DNA of 61,897 nucleotides, filler included, from Choristocarpus tenellus KU-1152 (Eukaryota > Protista > Phaeophyceae), in the NCBI GenBank assembly GCA_964200185.2. It is 10 parts of 10 records of this genome, joined end to end, with 100 filler letters (N's around TTAATTAATTAA, not from the genome) between each part and the next. Parts side by side here need not be neighbours in the genome. Positions count along the whole stretch, not along the records: positions 18,022 to 31,158 come from CAXNAD020001575.1; positions 31,259 to 37,231 come from CAXNAD020009279.1; positions 37,332 to 41,152 come from CAXNAD020017736.1; 7 more parts are not named here. The stretch is one strand, 5' to 3'. The notes beneath the pieces were generated by a model. That model saw only the letters and a list, made by a program, of their open reading frames with translations, was not told where the DNA came from and did no database searches. Of the stretch, positions 24,001-37,399 are shown piece by piece. The translations under genes and the position numbers were made by a program. How positions within the stretch are numbered: the first letter of the stretch is position 1; each line of letters starts with the position of its first letter.

Positions 24001-27000
24001 CAATGGACGCAATGTTATCACCCGTCCAGGGTACTTGCCACAGAACGACTCCTTCACCTGAAAGTGAGAGGCAAGCAGACTTGAGGTCCCAGAGCAAGGA
24101 CAAGGTACTTTTCCTAAAACTAGACACCATGATGTGGGAATTGAAAAGCTCCAAACACAAAAAAACACAATTTCATGTGTTGAGCTTTGCAGTTGGCAGG
24201 AAACACCTCACACCAAAGCAATGGCACATCATCAGCTACACACAGTTTAGAATGACACGTGAGCAAGTCAATGACATCACTTATCACCTGGTGCACAAAG
24301 TCTCGGACACATGTTTGGTTGCTTGTTGAAGTTATGACGCTTGTCTTGATCTCGTGGAACACAGCAACAATGATGTCTTCGTTTTGTGCACAAACCATTT
24401 GCATTGATTCGGACTTGGAGGCATTGCTGCGCTGTAGTTGAAGCAGGTACATGCACACATATGAGGACTTTGACACTGATATACTGCAAAAATAAAATTC
24501 AGCTCTTTTTAAAGGAGATAATTCTTACATTATGGCTCCAGCTTTGGTATGCCACAACGAAGGTCACATCCCCAGATCTCCAGCAAAAAATAACTTTCCA
24601 ATCTTTAGATCACTGATTTTATCCATCAAGGCGTATTGTGTAGACTTGAGGGATGGAGAAGCCTTGCATTCTTGAATCTTGGTAAGGCAGCCAAGAGGTA
24701 GACTTTGAACAAGCAGCACCAGGAAATCCAACGTAGGAAAGCTTGGTCATGTTTCTACCTATTGTGGTATCCTGAGACACCACCAATACATATGTATGTT
24801 TCTCACCACGTGTCTGGATGTCCTTCGGTTGGTTCGAGATTGTCCAGTGAAATTTACACATGAGATATCTGCCAGGATCCAACAAATAAGGGAGATCAAC
24901 ACAGATGGGATAGAATTAAATGAAAAAATTAGGGGACGGTGGGGAATGGCTTTAACCAGTCACAGTAAGTTATCAGTATTTAACCCTCTCAAACTAAAAG
25001 CACGAAGACCTGAGTCACAAACAAAGTACACTCCTGGAATTCCACTCTGGGGCACATGTTGGCCCAATATATGGGATGAATTGCGCTGTTCTTGAGCACA
25101 TCTTTATTGCAGGGTGTATTGAAGTCTTTGATCGACATCTTGATGTTGAATGTTGCTCCAATGGTTTGTTTCCCCATGAAACCTTACCAGCATAGGTATC
25201 TACCATACTAGACAGCCTGTTGATGACTGGTGGAGGTACACATCCTACGATAATCACACTCTCTCCCTTACAGCAGGCTGCAAGTAGTGTAGAGGAGGCC
25301 ATTTTGATGCAAAGTGACAGAAGAGCTCATTGAAAAAAAGACTCCCCACCACAATCAAATCTGGATATCTAAAGTGTTACTACCACTGAGAACTTACACA
25401 GACTTTTCACATATCTCTGCGTCCAAGTACTGCTGAGTGAACAGCACTTACAAAAATAGCAACAAGACAAGTGCCATTTCAAGCCAATAATAATATTAAT
25501 ATTAAGACAGGGTTTTGACAACAGAAAGGTCCAAGATAAGGGAGATAGATCCCAACATGGTAAAAAAAAAAAATAAGACACGACTGTTGTTGACCAGTGA
25601 CAGGGACCTGTCAAGTGTTGACCTGGATCTAAAACTGAAGTGTTTGGTGACTTTCATGTGTGTTCACCCGCCATGTCCACCACCAATTGAGATATGTGAC
25701 CATGCAGTAGTGCCACAGGCCTAGTGCAAAATACTATGAACTCCTCCAAGGAGTCCGCATACCAACTCCGTCTGCAGCTATGTACAGACTCAGAGACTGG
25801 TCAGTGCCCAAGCCCGGTCATCAAAAACCTGCCAAGGCCTTTTTGTTCACTTCTTAGCCAAAAAATACTAAAAAGTAGGTAGAGTATCTCCTATGCAAAC
25901 TATTACCGGTCCTATCTAATGTTTGCTAAATTCTGAAGCAAATATTGTGTTTTCTGGCTGTGAGGCCACCATGCTTTAGCAACCTTGACAGTTCAGGGTA
26001 ACACATTTGGGGTAAATTATAAGATAACCCTGGGCACCACACAGTCCTGACATGCTACACAGTGACTGTGGATGATGAGTTGGACCTATTAGTATCATGG
26101 AGTGCAAGTGAAGCACAACTAGACATACACCATCTTCTATACATCTAAACATGATACAAAGCCACTATGGGCAAAGCCTACTTTAAAGTTTTCAAGGTGA
26201 ATACGTCCTTTTGCATGTCAAGCCAGCCACTGGTGAATTTACATCAAAGAAGAATGAAAATAGAAAGCATTCTAAACTTGGCCATTGTCATCAACTATGG
26301 ATATGCTAGTGGCTTGCATTTAGTGTCACATATAACAAGCAATAATACTTGAGACAACCAGGGGCCTTCATATTTTGTAGATTAGGAACAAAGTAACTTC
26401 AAATCAATCAAGCCTATTTGATCCCAAACCAACATAGGAATTGATCTGTCCAGGAACCTTTATATCACTACTTCAAGAGCATAGCAACAGTAGAGCAAGT
26501 CGAGTGCATATGTGCAGAGGGGATGGGTACATTGTTGTTCAAGACTTCAATTTCCCCTCACCCATCCTCAACATTCTTTGAACAGTGTGAAATTGACTCT
26601 GCATCAAGGTCAACAGCATATGCACAACAACAACATGAGTCCTGGGATTTGTTGCAGAGGGCAAAGTATTAATCCTGGTTTTGTCTAGTTTGTCAGAAAT
26701 ACTGCACGCACTGAACTCATCAACTGCCGACTAGAAGACTAGCTGTCAATCAAAAAGATGCTAAGAGTTTCCAGTTCTTGTTGAACTAAATGTTATAAAG
26801 GTTTGCAGTGATGGGAGGCTGCCATGCCATAGGCGTGCACCATACCTGATGTGGAAAGTGCAGTACATGTAAAATAAACTCCTAGCATTGATGTAGGTAT
26901 CTACATGTCATCACATTGCAACCCTTTCCCCCCACAAGCAGACACCCCAGATTCCTCACCCCATTCAGAAAATTCATATGTGGGTATTGAAGATAGGGGG

Positions 27001-30000
27001 TTAAATATTATCCACTATATCCATGTTACCTAACATCTTTCAGAACAACTTTGACCATGTTTATACTCATTAAAAAGATATCCTCCGACACAACAAATCA
27101 GAGTGAGGGGTTGATAACCATTGGGTTCCTCATGAAGGGGCCTGCACCTTTCAATGCCAGCAATCTATTGCACAATTCCAGAGCAGGTCAAAACAAAGAG
27201 GTCATACATATGGCATTTGATAGGCGAACATGACTTCCTAGGACGTATTGACACCTAAGCCTACAATGCCACTTTGTCCCTCCATTTGTAAGGTAACTAT
27301 CATCTCAGCGAGTGTACACATCAACATTCTTGCTAATAACGCCTCCAAGAAAAAGCTCCTGAGACCTGTTAGTGAGCGTAACTGTATTTCATACAGACAG
27401 AAACGACAGTGTTTTAGAGTACTATCCTTATACATCCAACAATGATGTGTGTACACATTATCACTAAAGCATGTTCTGAATGGTGCTTATTAATTCACAA
27501 GATGGAGACATATGTGATACTGCCTTCTTCCATCTTCTTGGAGGGTTATCACCATCAGTATCTAAGTTCCTCAGTTCTTACACAGACACTTTGGAAGGTC
27601 ATCGCAATTAGGTAACCATGATCACAGGTAAATCTTACTGGTGGTACAAACCAACTCTGGTGCCATGGGGGTTAAGGTTATTCCATGTCACTAACATTTG
27701 TTCCTCCTCTCAATAATAGCACAACTTCAACTACATGGAATCAAGTATTGTAAAATAACTGTAACATACAGTCTTAGATGGTGTCAAAATACCCAAGATG
27801 ATGTAAGGGCTGTTCCAATGTACTCTTGTTCCTGTGAGCTGTAGATACTGCGTTCAACCCCACTCTACCATTTTCAAATTCCAGCGATGAAATATGAAAA
27901 TGCACTTAAATGGTATATGACTATGAAATATAGGCTTGGGCATCAGCTACTTGAATATTAATTAAGGTTGTAGCCAGTGTTCAAGAGAAAAAGGAGAAAA
28001 ATGGGACAATTCCAAATAAAAAATGTACATAAACTGAGCCAGCACAAGTCACAACCTGGGGTGCTTTTTCAGGAGTGCTGCTCGTTTGCCTGCATGCTGC
28101 ACTCACACAACTCCAGCAGGTAATAAGTTCCGAACTATCTACAACAATAATTATTAAATGGGTGCAGTGGTAACATCTCTGCCCATGTCACATCATTTGT
28201 AACATGAGCGTTTGAATAAACCCACACTTCAAAGACAAAACAAAGCGTAAATTACACCTTCCTCATTCTTTTCCTTAGATAACTTTGGACAATTTGGGAA
28301 AAATTCAATGTCATCCATGTCCTGACTCACAACTCAACGTCAGAAAAATTGCATCCAATCCACACCAGAGATGAGAAAAAAAAAAGATGAACTAACATGT
28401 CTTACATTCTGTAGGAGAAGAGGAAACATATCCAACAAAGAGTCCGAGTTGGCATGATTACACCATGTATCAAAATAGCAGATAAGGTGAATTCAATAGA
28501 AGGCAGAACAAAACAAAACCTTCCCCATTTTCATTCTAGGTATTTTTTAAGCAATCCCCTTGGCAACTCCCCCCGTACCAGTAACATTTTCACACCGAGC
28601 CCTGAACAAGGGGTTGGTAAGAGGGTGTTCAATGGGAATTAAAGGGGCCGGTTGCTGTACAAGTGTACTTGAAGGTCAAAATCTCAGGGTTTAGCAATAT
28701 TTATTGGAATGTCTTTTGGTATGTGTTGCATAAATTTTGCAACAGTTATCTTTTGTAATTTTTGCAAAATCTTCACCCTTGCATAACTTCCTCTGATTTA
28801 ATGGGTTGTATCATTCCCACTTGTTCAAAGGAAGTGCACAGAGTGTAATGAAAATTCAATACCAAACTAAAGTATTACATCACACTGCAACATGTATGGT
28901 GTTCTTGCTTCAAGGCAGCTTACGGGATTCAGGCACCTCCTGTGTGCATGGTGCAGTACAGCATTAGCAGCTATGTATAAATTACTGTAGTATCAACACC
29001 AAAAATTAACCTGGGAAATTAACTAACCATCTTCATATTTAGCGGTATGGACATACAAGTAGAATGTGTATGATACGGATTTAAATCTAACAATCTCTGA
29101 GGTTCTAGTGGATTTGTGCTAAATATCCGAGTGGGGGACTCCTTATTCTCCATGCCCAGTTGGTACTAAGCTTTGATCTTCAGATTGTTGTATATCTGCC
29201 CTCCAAGCAGGCCATTTCGTGATGAGGTCAATATCTAATGTTGCAGTTTGTGTGTTTTACCACTGAACCGGAGATCAAGTGTTCATAGATGCCTCTTCAT
29301 GAGTGCTGTGCCATACTCAAATCTTTTCCTGGGCTTGGACAATTGTAAATGCCTTGTTCGCGTACGTTTGAGTCTTTGACAAATACGAGTCTGTGGTGAC
29401 TCTTGACAAGAACATATTCTTGGACCCTGTGTTTCACGCCATGATAATTCAATAAATCTAATAAAGTTTAACACTACCATTGTTACTACACAAACACAAA
29501 AAGTCAAATGGACATCGTCTTGGCAATTGAAGGACGATCATTTCCCCAGACATAGTGTCAGTCAAAAATTAAACAATTACTCTAGCAACAAAGAGGCGTC
29601 TGCAAATGCTTGAGGACGAGTTCTCAACCAGTTGCAGTTGCTAAGCGTTTGCTAAGTTTTTAGAAGGAGCATCAAGGCCCTTGTTTGAGCAATCGAGACT
29701 GGAATGAGTAATTCATAGATGTTAACCATTCGCCAACATATCTTCAAGGAATATTTGCCAACGTGCAGCACTTGCGAACTCTGTTTTGCATACCACAATA
29801 GGAGAGCCAATTGTTCATTACGAGATTCTACTGTTGCATTGCTGCACTGTCAGAACAGGTGCCGTGGAATTTTCTCGTTGTTTTGCACTCACCTCCGCCG
29901 TTAACCTCCCTTGCAAACTGATAGAACGATTGAACTAGCTTTCCAATGCTACCTGGGTCCTGAGATTCTCTCCACTGCCAGTGCTGCTGAAAGAGACACA

Positions 30001-30353
30001 ACCCAGTCTCTCTGTCGCACACGCTCAACAGTTTCAACTGCGTGTGGAGAAACCAAGACAAAAAATCAGGACATTCGGCAAGTTGTTCAACCTATGCAAC
30101 TGATAAGACTATATGCGTGGCCATATTCCTCTTCTTAGTATTTCCTACTCACCGTATCCTGTCCCCTAAATCTTTCCCTCAAGCTCCCCCTGCCCCGATC
30201 TTGACTGGCGGGGCTCTCCGCTCCAGGTGACGGACTTTCGCCTCGACTGCTGGAAGCGCTGCTGCTTCCCCCTTCTGATTCTCGGAGGCCGTACCCAGGC
30301 CCGTCAAGCCAGTTGTACTCCTCCACTTGTTCCAGATGCAAATCACCGTTCAT
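21070..30353 (-). CDS. Uncharacterised protein gene with long introns (possible longin/roadblock-like fold)
   Basis: ATG at 30353. GT-AG exons 30353-30153, 30037-29893 (LKLLSVCDRETGLCLFQQHWQWRESQDPGSIGKLVQSFYQFAREVNGG), 24431-24288 (MQMVCAQNEDIIVAVFHE), 24057-23968, 22338-22270 and a tentative last exon 21114-21070. A phase mismatch between 29893 and 24431 implies at least one unlocated exon. Confidence 0.6.
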
Positions 30354-31780
30354 TACCCTTCTCTTTGCCCTTTTCTCTTCCAGGTCATTAGACGCAAATG
30401 TGCTATCATAAAGAATGAGGGAAAGAAGAATCACATCTCCTACGTCCACAACAGATCAACTACATAATTATCAATAGGGGCAGTGAGTCGCTCGCGACTT
30501 GCGCGCGCGGCCGGAAGAGACGGGAGAGTAGTGCATTTAACACATTTGATGTGGTTTTGGTACGCGAGGGAGACGTGGGATTGGAATTGTGTACCGTTTG
30601 TTCCATAAGTTTAAGCATCTTGCTGGTCTTTTTCAGCTCTATGTGGCTCTTTGTTGTCTAGTATCATTCTCTGAAACACAGAAGATCACGCACCTCCTTC
30701 ATCCAATTCGAAATCATCCATAATCATCGCCACCAAAAACAAACTACTAGAAAATATCACATCTCATTAAGTTACTACATATACCAACGGCATGATAGTG
30801 CTCAACATCATTCCTACATTCTAGACACAATACAACACTATTTTTTGTTTTCAATATCACTATTAATATTCCTTTAAAAAAAAAAAGCGCTGAAGCGCTG
30901 AAACCACCAAAGTATGATCTTGAATCTTTCCTGCCCTGAAGTCCATTAGAATTCGCTCCAAGTAATCATCGCATAAGTTATTCAGTGGAGGTTGGGCTTC
31001 TTGTTCACCGTTGTCCTCCAATATCGCGAAACGGTTGGTTGATGGGCTGATCATACTGCGGGGGGCCTTTCCCTGGGTTGTTCCCCCGCCATCCCTTCTT
31101 GCTCTAGCGAGCCTCCTGGGATGCCATCAGCCGAATTGGTTGATGGAGCATCGATGCTNNNNNNNNNNNNNNNNNNNNNNNNNNNNNNNNNNNNNNNNNN
31201 NNTTAATTAATTAANNNNNNNNNNNNNNNNNNNNNNNNNNNNNNNNNNNNNNNNNNNNTCGAAAAAAGGGTGAAAAACGGACGCCGACACCCCCCCCCAG
31301 ATACTTTGACCCTTGGGTAACATGTGAGATGAGCGTGTTATGTTTGCTAGCATGTCACAACCTTTCGCTGGTTTAGCCAAAACCCCGATCGTTAGGCAGG
31401 AACTAGGACTACTTCGCCAGAACAGGACGTCCATGCATGATGAGGTATAAAGCCAAACTTAACTGCCACACTAAGAGGTTGTCAACAGTGTACTGGCAAC
31501 CCTCGCACTGATGCTTCAACTCTTTTAACCCAGAACTCGTCGCCCGCTGTCTGTGCTGCCGTAAACAAACAACCTGCTTTGGTTTCTGCGAAATACGGAC
31601 CTCGTTCATTCCAAAAAGCAATGCATCAAAACCCGTTCGACCAGTCACATCCGTTACCCAGCCTGTGCTTCGACCCCCACTTGCTTTAGCCACAGACAGG
31701 GCGAGCGATAGAGGTCGACAACATTCGGAAAAAGGCAAGGACATCCATGGCGAGTGTAGACGTCTACTCAAGGAAGAAAC

Positions 31781-32037
31781 GTGTCAAAGTATCTTAGAGA
31801 GTAGAGCCATGTTCATTTGGGGGCTAAAATCCAATGTTGCGATTTTGATGTAATTTTGTCTATCTTGTTTGTTAAGAAGTGTTAATATCCTTATTCTGGA
31901 CAAACCTTTTCATAACATAAATATTTTACCTACTCTAAAATATTTGGGATAGGAAAATGTTATAAAAAAACTGTGGGAAGCCAAGCCCCAAACAGACAAA
32001 CAGGGCAAAACTCATACCCTCTAAGATACTTTCACTC
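31781..32037. mobile_element. MITE family A copy (inverted relative to 19805)
   Basis: GTGTCAAAGTATCTTAGAGAGTAGAGCC ... ACCCTCTAAGATACTTTCACTC. Flanks AAC/AGT do not match. Confidence 0.9.
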
Positions 32038-32592
32038 AGTATCTGTTGTGGAACGGTGAAGGAGGTACTTCACACCCAGTGTTTCGTATTAACAAGTTCG
32101 TTGATCTCAACTCTCACAGTGCTGAAGCCCTCCATCAACAACCAACATTCACGGCCCTCACTCATTTTGGGAGTCTGTGCGAAGTTGTTTCCATGCCCTT
32201 CCTCATTCCTCCCAGCTTCTAGGAAGTTTTTTTCAGCTTGCTCGCCTGCACTCCACCCTCTGCGTAGGACCCTCTGTGAAGTGGATGGAAGGCCTTGAGA
32301 GAGAGAGTATCCAACAAATGGGCTCTGTTTAAAGATACAAAAAAAGTGGATATTCCCAGTACATCAACCCTATATCTTTGGGTGGCACTGGCTTTCCTGC
32401 TCTAAGAATTTGTTCAGCGGTCATACTCGCTAGTTCGAACCTCAATGGTGGTGGTGTAACTATCAGGGCTTGTCGGTTAATGAACGTACGTCCCTTTGGC
32501 CACACAGTCTGATTCTTACGATTGAGACCAAAAACTGTCATGGAGACGAACCATTAACGATACGATATGTCAATCCGATTCCGTTTTCAAGA

Positions 32593-32771
32593 CTGTGTAG
32601 AAAATTATGTTTCAAACAAAAAAGCTGTCAATTACCCTAACAAGCAACCATATATTCAATATGACCAAGTACAGTGGGATCCTGTGTAGACAATTATGTT
32701 TCAAACAAAAAAGCTGTCAATTACCCTAACAAGTAACCATATATTCAATATGACCAAGTACAGTGGGATCC
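32593..32771. repeat. 89-bp tandem duplication, near-identical copies
   Basis: CTGTGTAGA.AATTATGTTTCAAAC...CAGTGGGATC begins at 32593 and 32682; I see two mismatches. Confidence 0.9.
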
Positions 32772-33220
32772 GTTCTCCTTGGGTACGCTGAGAAATTCTA
32801 TAACCCACGTTGAATAACCCTATCCCAAACAAGTTATGCCTTCATTCCAAAGCCTGTTCGTAGTCAAATATGACAACATATATGCCGATAACAGTATCTA
32901 CTCAATAGTGTTTTTAGTTGTAGTTGGTCCTATAAATAAAGGTATATTTCCCCTAATAGCGTGTTTGCGCAAAATGAATTAACAATATCCAAATTTGTAT
33001 AATGACGACAGAAAAATCCACCTCGAAAATCAGATTGCTCAATTCACTGAGGAATTTCCAGGGAAGGGTCGAAATAGTAAGAAGCTAACACAGGCCAAGG
33101 CAGACTGCTCTTTCGTCACGGGGCGCCTACTAACCGTGCTGAAGATGGTTTGAATTCGTTCGTCACCTTCGGGTGGCGTTTCTTGTTTTTTGCATCTTTT
33201 CTTTTTGAGTACTCCAGGCA

Positions 33221-34055
33221 ATGAAGAATGAGAAGGCTATGGATCCCGACAATCGTACAGTTGAGGTCCTAGAGCTTGGCCTACTGGAGGACGAGGCTAT
33301 CCTTCAGGGTTTCGATTTGGTTTTGTTAACCAATCATTTGTCACACAGGTCTGGAAAAACACGGCCATCAATATGCTCTACAAGAAGAGGGATCGCATTG
33401 ATTGTGACACCTACAGGGACATCTTAGTGGTGGCATACGCTGGCAAAGTCCTCCTCAAAGTTTTCGCACGGCGGTTGCGGAATTTCCTGGAATAGGAGGA
33501 CACTCTTCATGAGGAACAGTGTGGGTTCTGGCCCCAACGCTCTGCAGTGGACATAATGTACAGTTCACGTGCCCTCCAAGAGCTTGGACGGGAGAAGAAT
33601 GTACCCCTATTCATATATTTGATCGATCTACAGAAAACATACGAGTCTGTTAATCGTGTCTCCTGTGGACTGTTTTAGACAAATTTGGGATACCTCCGAA
33701 GATTAATTCCGTTATCAGCCAATTCTACGATTGTATGAGTGCATGTGTTCGCGTGGTTGGTACAGACTGGTCCGAGGGTGGTGAACAAGGCCTTCGTCAG
33801 GAGCGCATTATTGCTCCGATCCTCTTCAAAATATACTTCACTGCAGTGCAAAGTATGACATTTGAGGAGCTCACTTCTGACCGGGCCATCTCCAAGGACC
33901 TTTGTTGTCATCAAGAGAGCGGCCATAATTAACCAGATGAGAGGAGGAGGAGCACCAGGGAGTGGGACAACACTTTAACGTCTTTTGTGAGAATGCTCTG
34001 TGCTGATGTTGTTGGTATTATCTCCAAGAGCCAAGGAGGTTTTGGCCAGAAAAAT
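33221..34055 (+). mobile_element. RTE-clade LINE reverse transcriptase pseudogene
   Basis: KAMDPD, LYKKRDRIDCDTYRDILVVAYAGKVLLKVFARRL, EEQCGFWPQRSAVD, LIDLQKTYESVNR, QGLRQE and MLCADVV (degenerate YADD), with stops and frameshifts. Confidence 0.9.
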
Positions 34056-34181
34056 TATAGTACAGAGTACTCTTAGCCCAGAGAATGATCCAAACCTACC
34101 AACCTCTCGATTGGTTTGGCTCTCTATCTACTGTTTGCCCTCCTTAAACGCTATTATTGTTGTAGTAGCAGTTACAACAGT

Positions 34182-34441
34182 GATTCAAAGTATCTTAGAG
34201 GGTAGAGCCGCGTCCATTTGGGGGGCAAAGTCCAATTTTACAATTTTGATGTAATTTTTTACTATCATGTTCGTTAGTAGATGTCAATATCCTTGTTCCG
34301 GACACTTCTTTTCATAACATACACATTTTACCTACTCCAAAACATTTTGGAGTAGATAAAGTGTCGTCACAAACCCGTGGGAAGCCAAGCCCCAAATGGA
34401 CAAACAGGGCAAACTTCGTACCCTCTAAGATACTTTCACTC
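34182..34441. mobile_element. MITE family A copy
   Basis: GATTCAAAGTATCTTAGAGGGTAGAGCC ... TACCCTCTAAGATACTTTCACTC. Flanks AGT/CGT. Confidence 0.9.
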
Positions 34442-35019
34442 CGTGGAGCTAGTAGTAGTGGTGCTGGTGATACAGAAAACAACACATATTCACACACAAT
34501 ATACGGGTTTACAACAAAACAAGCAAGCAACAGGCACTGTAATTGTTACTGAGTGAGGGGGCTATGACACGACTTGAGATGCCAATAAAAAATTCCGCAC
34601 ACATACGACAAGGCGCGAAAATAGGCCTCATTTCAACAACCTCCCCGCCAGTGATGAACTGCATTGTGCATAAGAAAAATACTGTCTCAGTTCCGTCTCA
34701 AAGAGTTCAACAGCTTCCCAAAAAAATATGAAATATCACTCTGGGTTTCAATAACCGACACTTGGCTAAAAAGATCCCATATTGACAGAGCTTGTGAAGG
34801 TGAAGAAATCATTCGCTTTGACTGTGTAATAGCATTTAAGACAGAAACTCTGCGTCTTGGGGTGCCAAAAACCTTGCAGATTTGGGCATTGCGCCAGATT
34901 TAGGAGCAAACCGATAGATTTATCACAAGGGAACCATCAGTGGCAATGTCGGGTTACCGCAAGAATCATCTGAAGAATCTAGGAAGTTTGGACTTGTTTT
35001 CGCAAATAAGCCAATATCT

Positions 35020-35690
35020 CTAAGATACGACCTCAGGTGTATCACTTACAAATAAGATTCGATTGCTGCAAGCTTATGTACTTGAGGTTCTGTTTTATGA
35101 TTGTGTGGTGTGTGAACACTCCACCAGGCTCAGTACCTGGAGCTCTGCTCACATCCGTTACAAATTCCTCCTTTGCTACATGGGTTTCCGTAGACAGGAA
35201 CGCACCAGTCATCTACTTTCCTACAAAGATAATCTCACAATGACTGGGTGTGAAAGTGTTGACACGATGGTGTGCAAGTGGAGGCTCCTATTTTCCAAGT
35301 CTATTAGTCACTTGGCGGGTGAACGACTTCCCAAGATATTGACTTTCAGGGAGTTTGCAGTTGGAAAACGGGAGCGAGGTGGATGTCACAGGAGAAGAAC
35401 TGGTGTGCATGTCTCCAAGACTACCTTGAGAAGGTTTGGGATTGAAATTGGGGGTTGGAGCACAAGAGTCACTAATCGACAGGAGTGGTATGAGTGTGTG
35501 GGTATGGGCACAACGAGGTTTATGGATGAACAGCATTCCAAGGAGGCTTTGATACCTAATGTACGTCACATCAAACTGGGAGGTACGAGTGTTGTGTGGG
35601 TAATGGCATGACGAGGTTTATGATCGAATGCCATTCTAAGGAGGTTTTGGTAGCTAATGTATGTCACACCAAACCACGAGGTGTAGTTGC
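35020..35690 (+). mobile_element. RTE-clade LINE 3' remnant with ~97-bp terminal tandem duplication
   Basis: KIRLLQAYVLEVLFYDCVV..GERLPKILTFREFAVGKRERGG..EWYECV. The ACGAGGTTTATG...GTCACA.CAAAC unit occurs twice (about 35513 and 35611). Confidence 0.8.
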
Positions 35691-37399
35691 CCAAGCCACC
35701 ACCAACATCGCTACTTCACTGTTTGCTTAATACGATTTTCTTTGTGTACTTTTTCGACTACATTCTCTTATCTTTTTCTTTCTTCTCCTCACTTAATACT
35801 CTTTGGGTGATAGGGCTTTTCTCCTACAGATTTATATTCTACGATTTATTTAATATTTTTGCCTTTCTTCTTCTTCTCGCTTTTCTTTTTCTTCCACTGT
35901 ATGATTTTTCTTTTGTGGTCCATGTTGGCTCCTTTCTCAACTACTGCTGCTGTGTTGGCTGAATTAGACTTCTTTTTCGACCACCTGTCTGGATCTCTGG
36001 ACTGATAATGTGACGAAAGTTTAGAACGAACGGAATTGGCCTTCTGTGTTGTATATTTCATCTCACAGTTGTTAGTACATTAATATATGATGAGCGTAGA
36101 AGGACACCATGGTAGAATCGTCAAGGAATACCTCTATCTATTGCTGAAAGATATCATATTTGACTATTACTTGGAGTATGATAAAAGGAACTTACAGGTA
36201 TAGGTAGGCCTATGCCCATTACTCTTCTAGGTCTTCCTCAACTCGGATAAATATGTATGGGGTGAACGTTGAGGACAAGGGGAGTCTGGTGGTATGATCC
36301 AGAAAATGTGAATCTAGATCAGGAGCATAATATGGTACTTCGAAGTATGAAACCAATACAGGCGTTTCAATATTATTTGAATGGTGGGGTAGAAATTCTA
36401 TATCGGTGGCAAGAAGCAGGTATATATTGCGGTTTCAAACATGAAGTACACATACTGACAGAGAGCATATGTTAAGGCGCTTGTATATGCATAGGTCATG
36501 TTGTTGGGAGAGGAATAAAATTTGAAAAATACAGTACTTAATCTTTGTATCGCAGTGAAGTATTTGGAAGCATCTGGCCCACACAAAGAGAGCACCAACA
36601 TTTGGTTCATTTGTCTAATGGAAGCCACAAAACAATATTTTCCCTCATGGTACTGCATGGGACCCACCCTCCATGACCTTTTCCTTGATGTTTGGGGCAC
36701 CGAAGAATTCAAGCTTAGAACTGGTTTTCTTTAGGCTCGATATTTCTTTCACTCTCTACATGGGCTGCCATTTCTCCATCGAACTCGTCATCCTACCCCT
36801 CCTCCTACTCTTCATCATTCTCTTTTTTAATCCTACTCAATCTAATGTGTTCACTCAAAGGTATCATCCTACGTCCCAGGGGGAGCAATAATCCTCTCCT
36901 CCCTCAGCTCGCTCTCTTGATCCTCCTCGGTCATCTCCAGCTTCAACTTCTTCCAGGGACACTGCAACCTTTACTCGAGGCTAGGAACTCGGTTTTCGTG
37001 TCCTTTATTTGTCGCGCATTGGATCCATTGTCCACGCGCTTTCCGAACTCTTTCCCTTCCCCATAATTCAGGCTATCGCAAAGTATTCTGAACCCCAATT
37101 GCCATAATTCCTGTGCTGTGTTAATCTGAGAAGGTGGGGTACCCCGTGGATAGCGCTGGTGATACACTACAGACACCACTGGAGGAGTGAATGAGGAAAG
37201 GTATAACTAGATATGTATTTCCATATATTTCNNNNNNNNNNNNNNNNNNNNNNNNNNNNNNNNNNNNNNNNNNNNTTAATTAATTAANNNNNNNNNNNNN
37301 NNNNNNNNNNNNNNNNNNNNNNNNNNNNNNNCCCGAAACTTCGGTAGGTTTAGCCCTCAAAAGCCTACCCTTGTGAGCAGTAGTCCTCTATTCACACGG

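Noticed and set aside
27100-27460. Minus-strand YTR*DDSY resembling a viral RdRp SDD motif, suggesting an endogenous RNA virus across 18.5-29 kb
   Set aside because: No supporting RdRp motifs in frame. The region is better explained as introns of the 21070-30353 gene.
28540-28620. TGTGGVAKGIA resembling a macro-domain glycine loop
   Set aside because: Short, stop-interrupted and intronic; probably chance.
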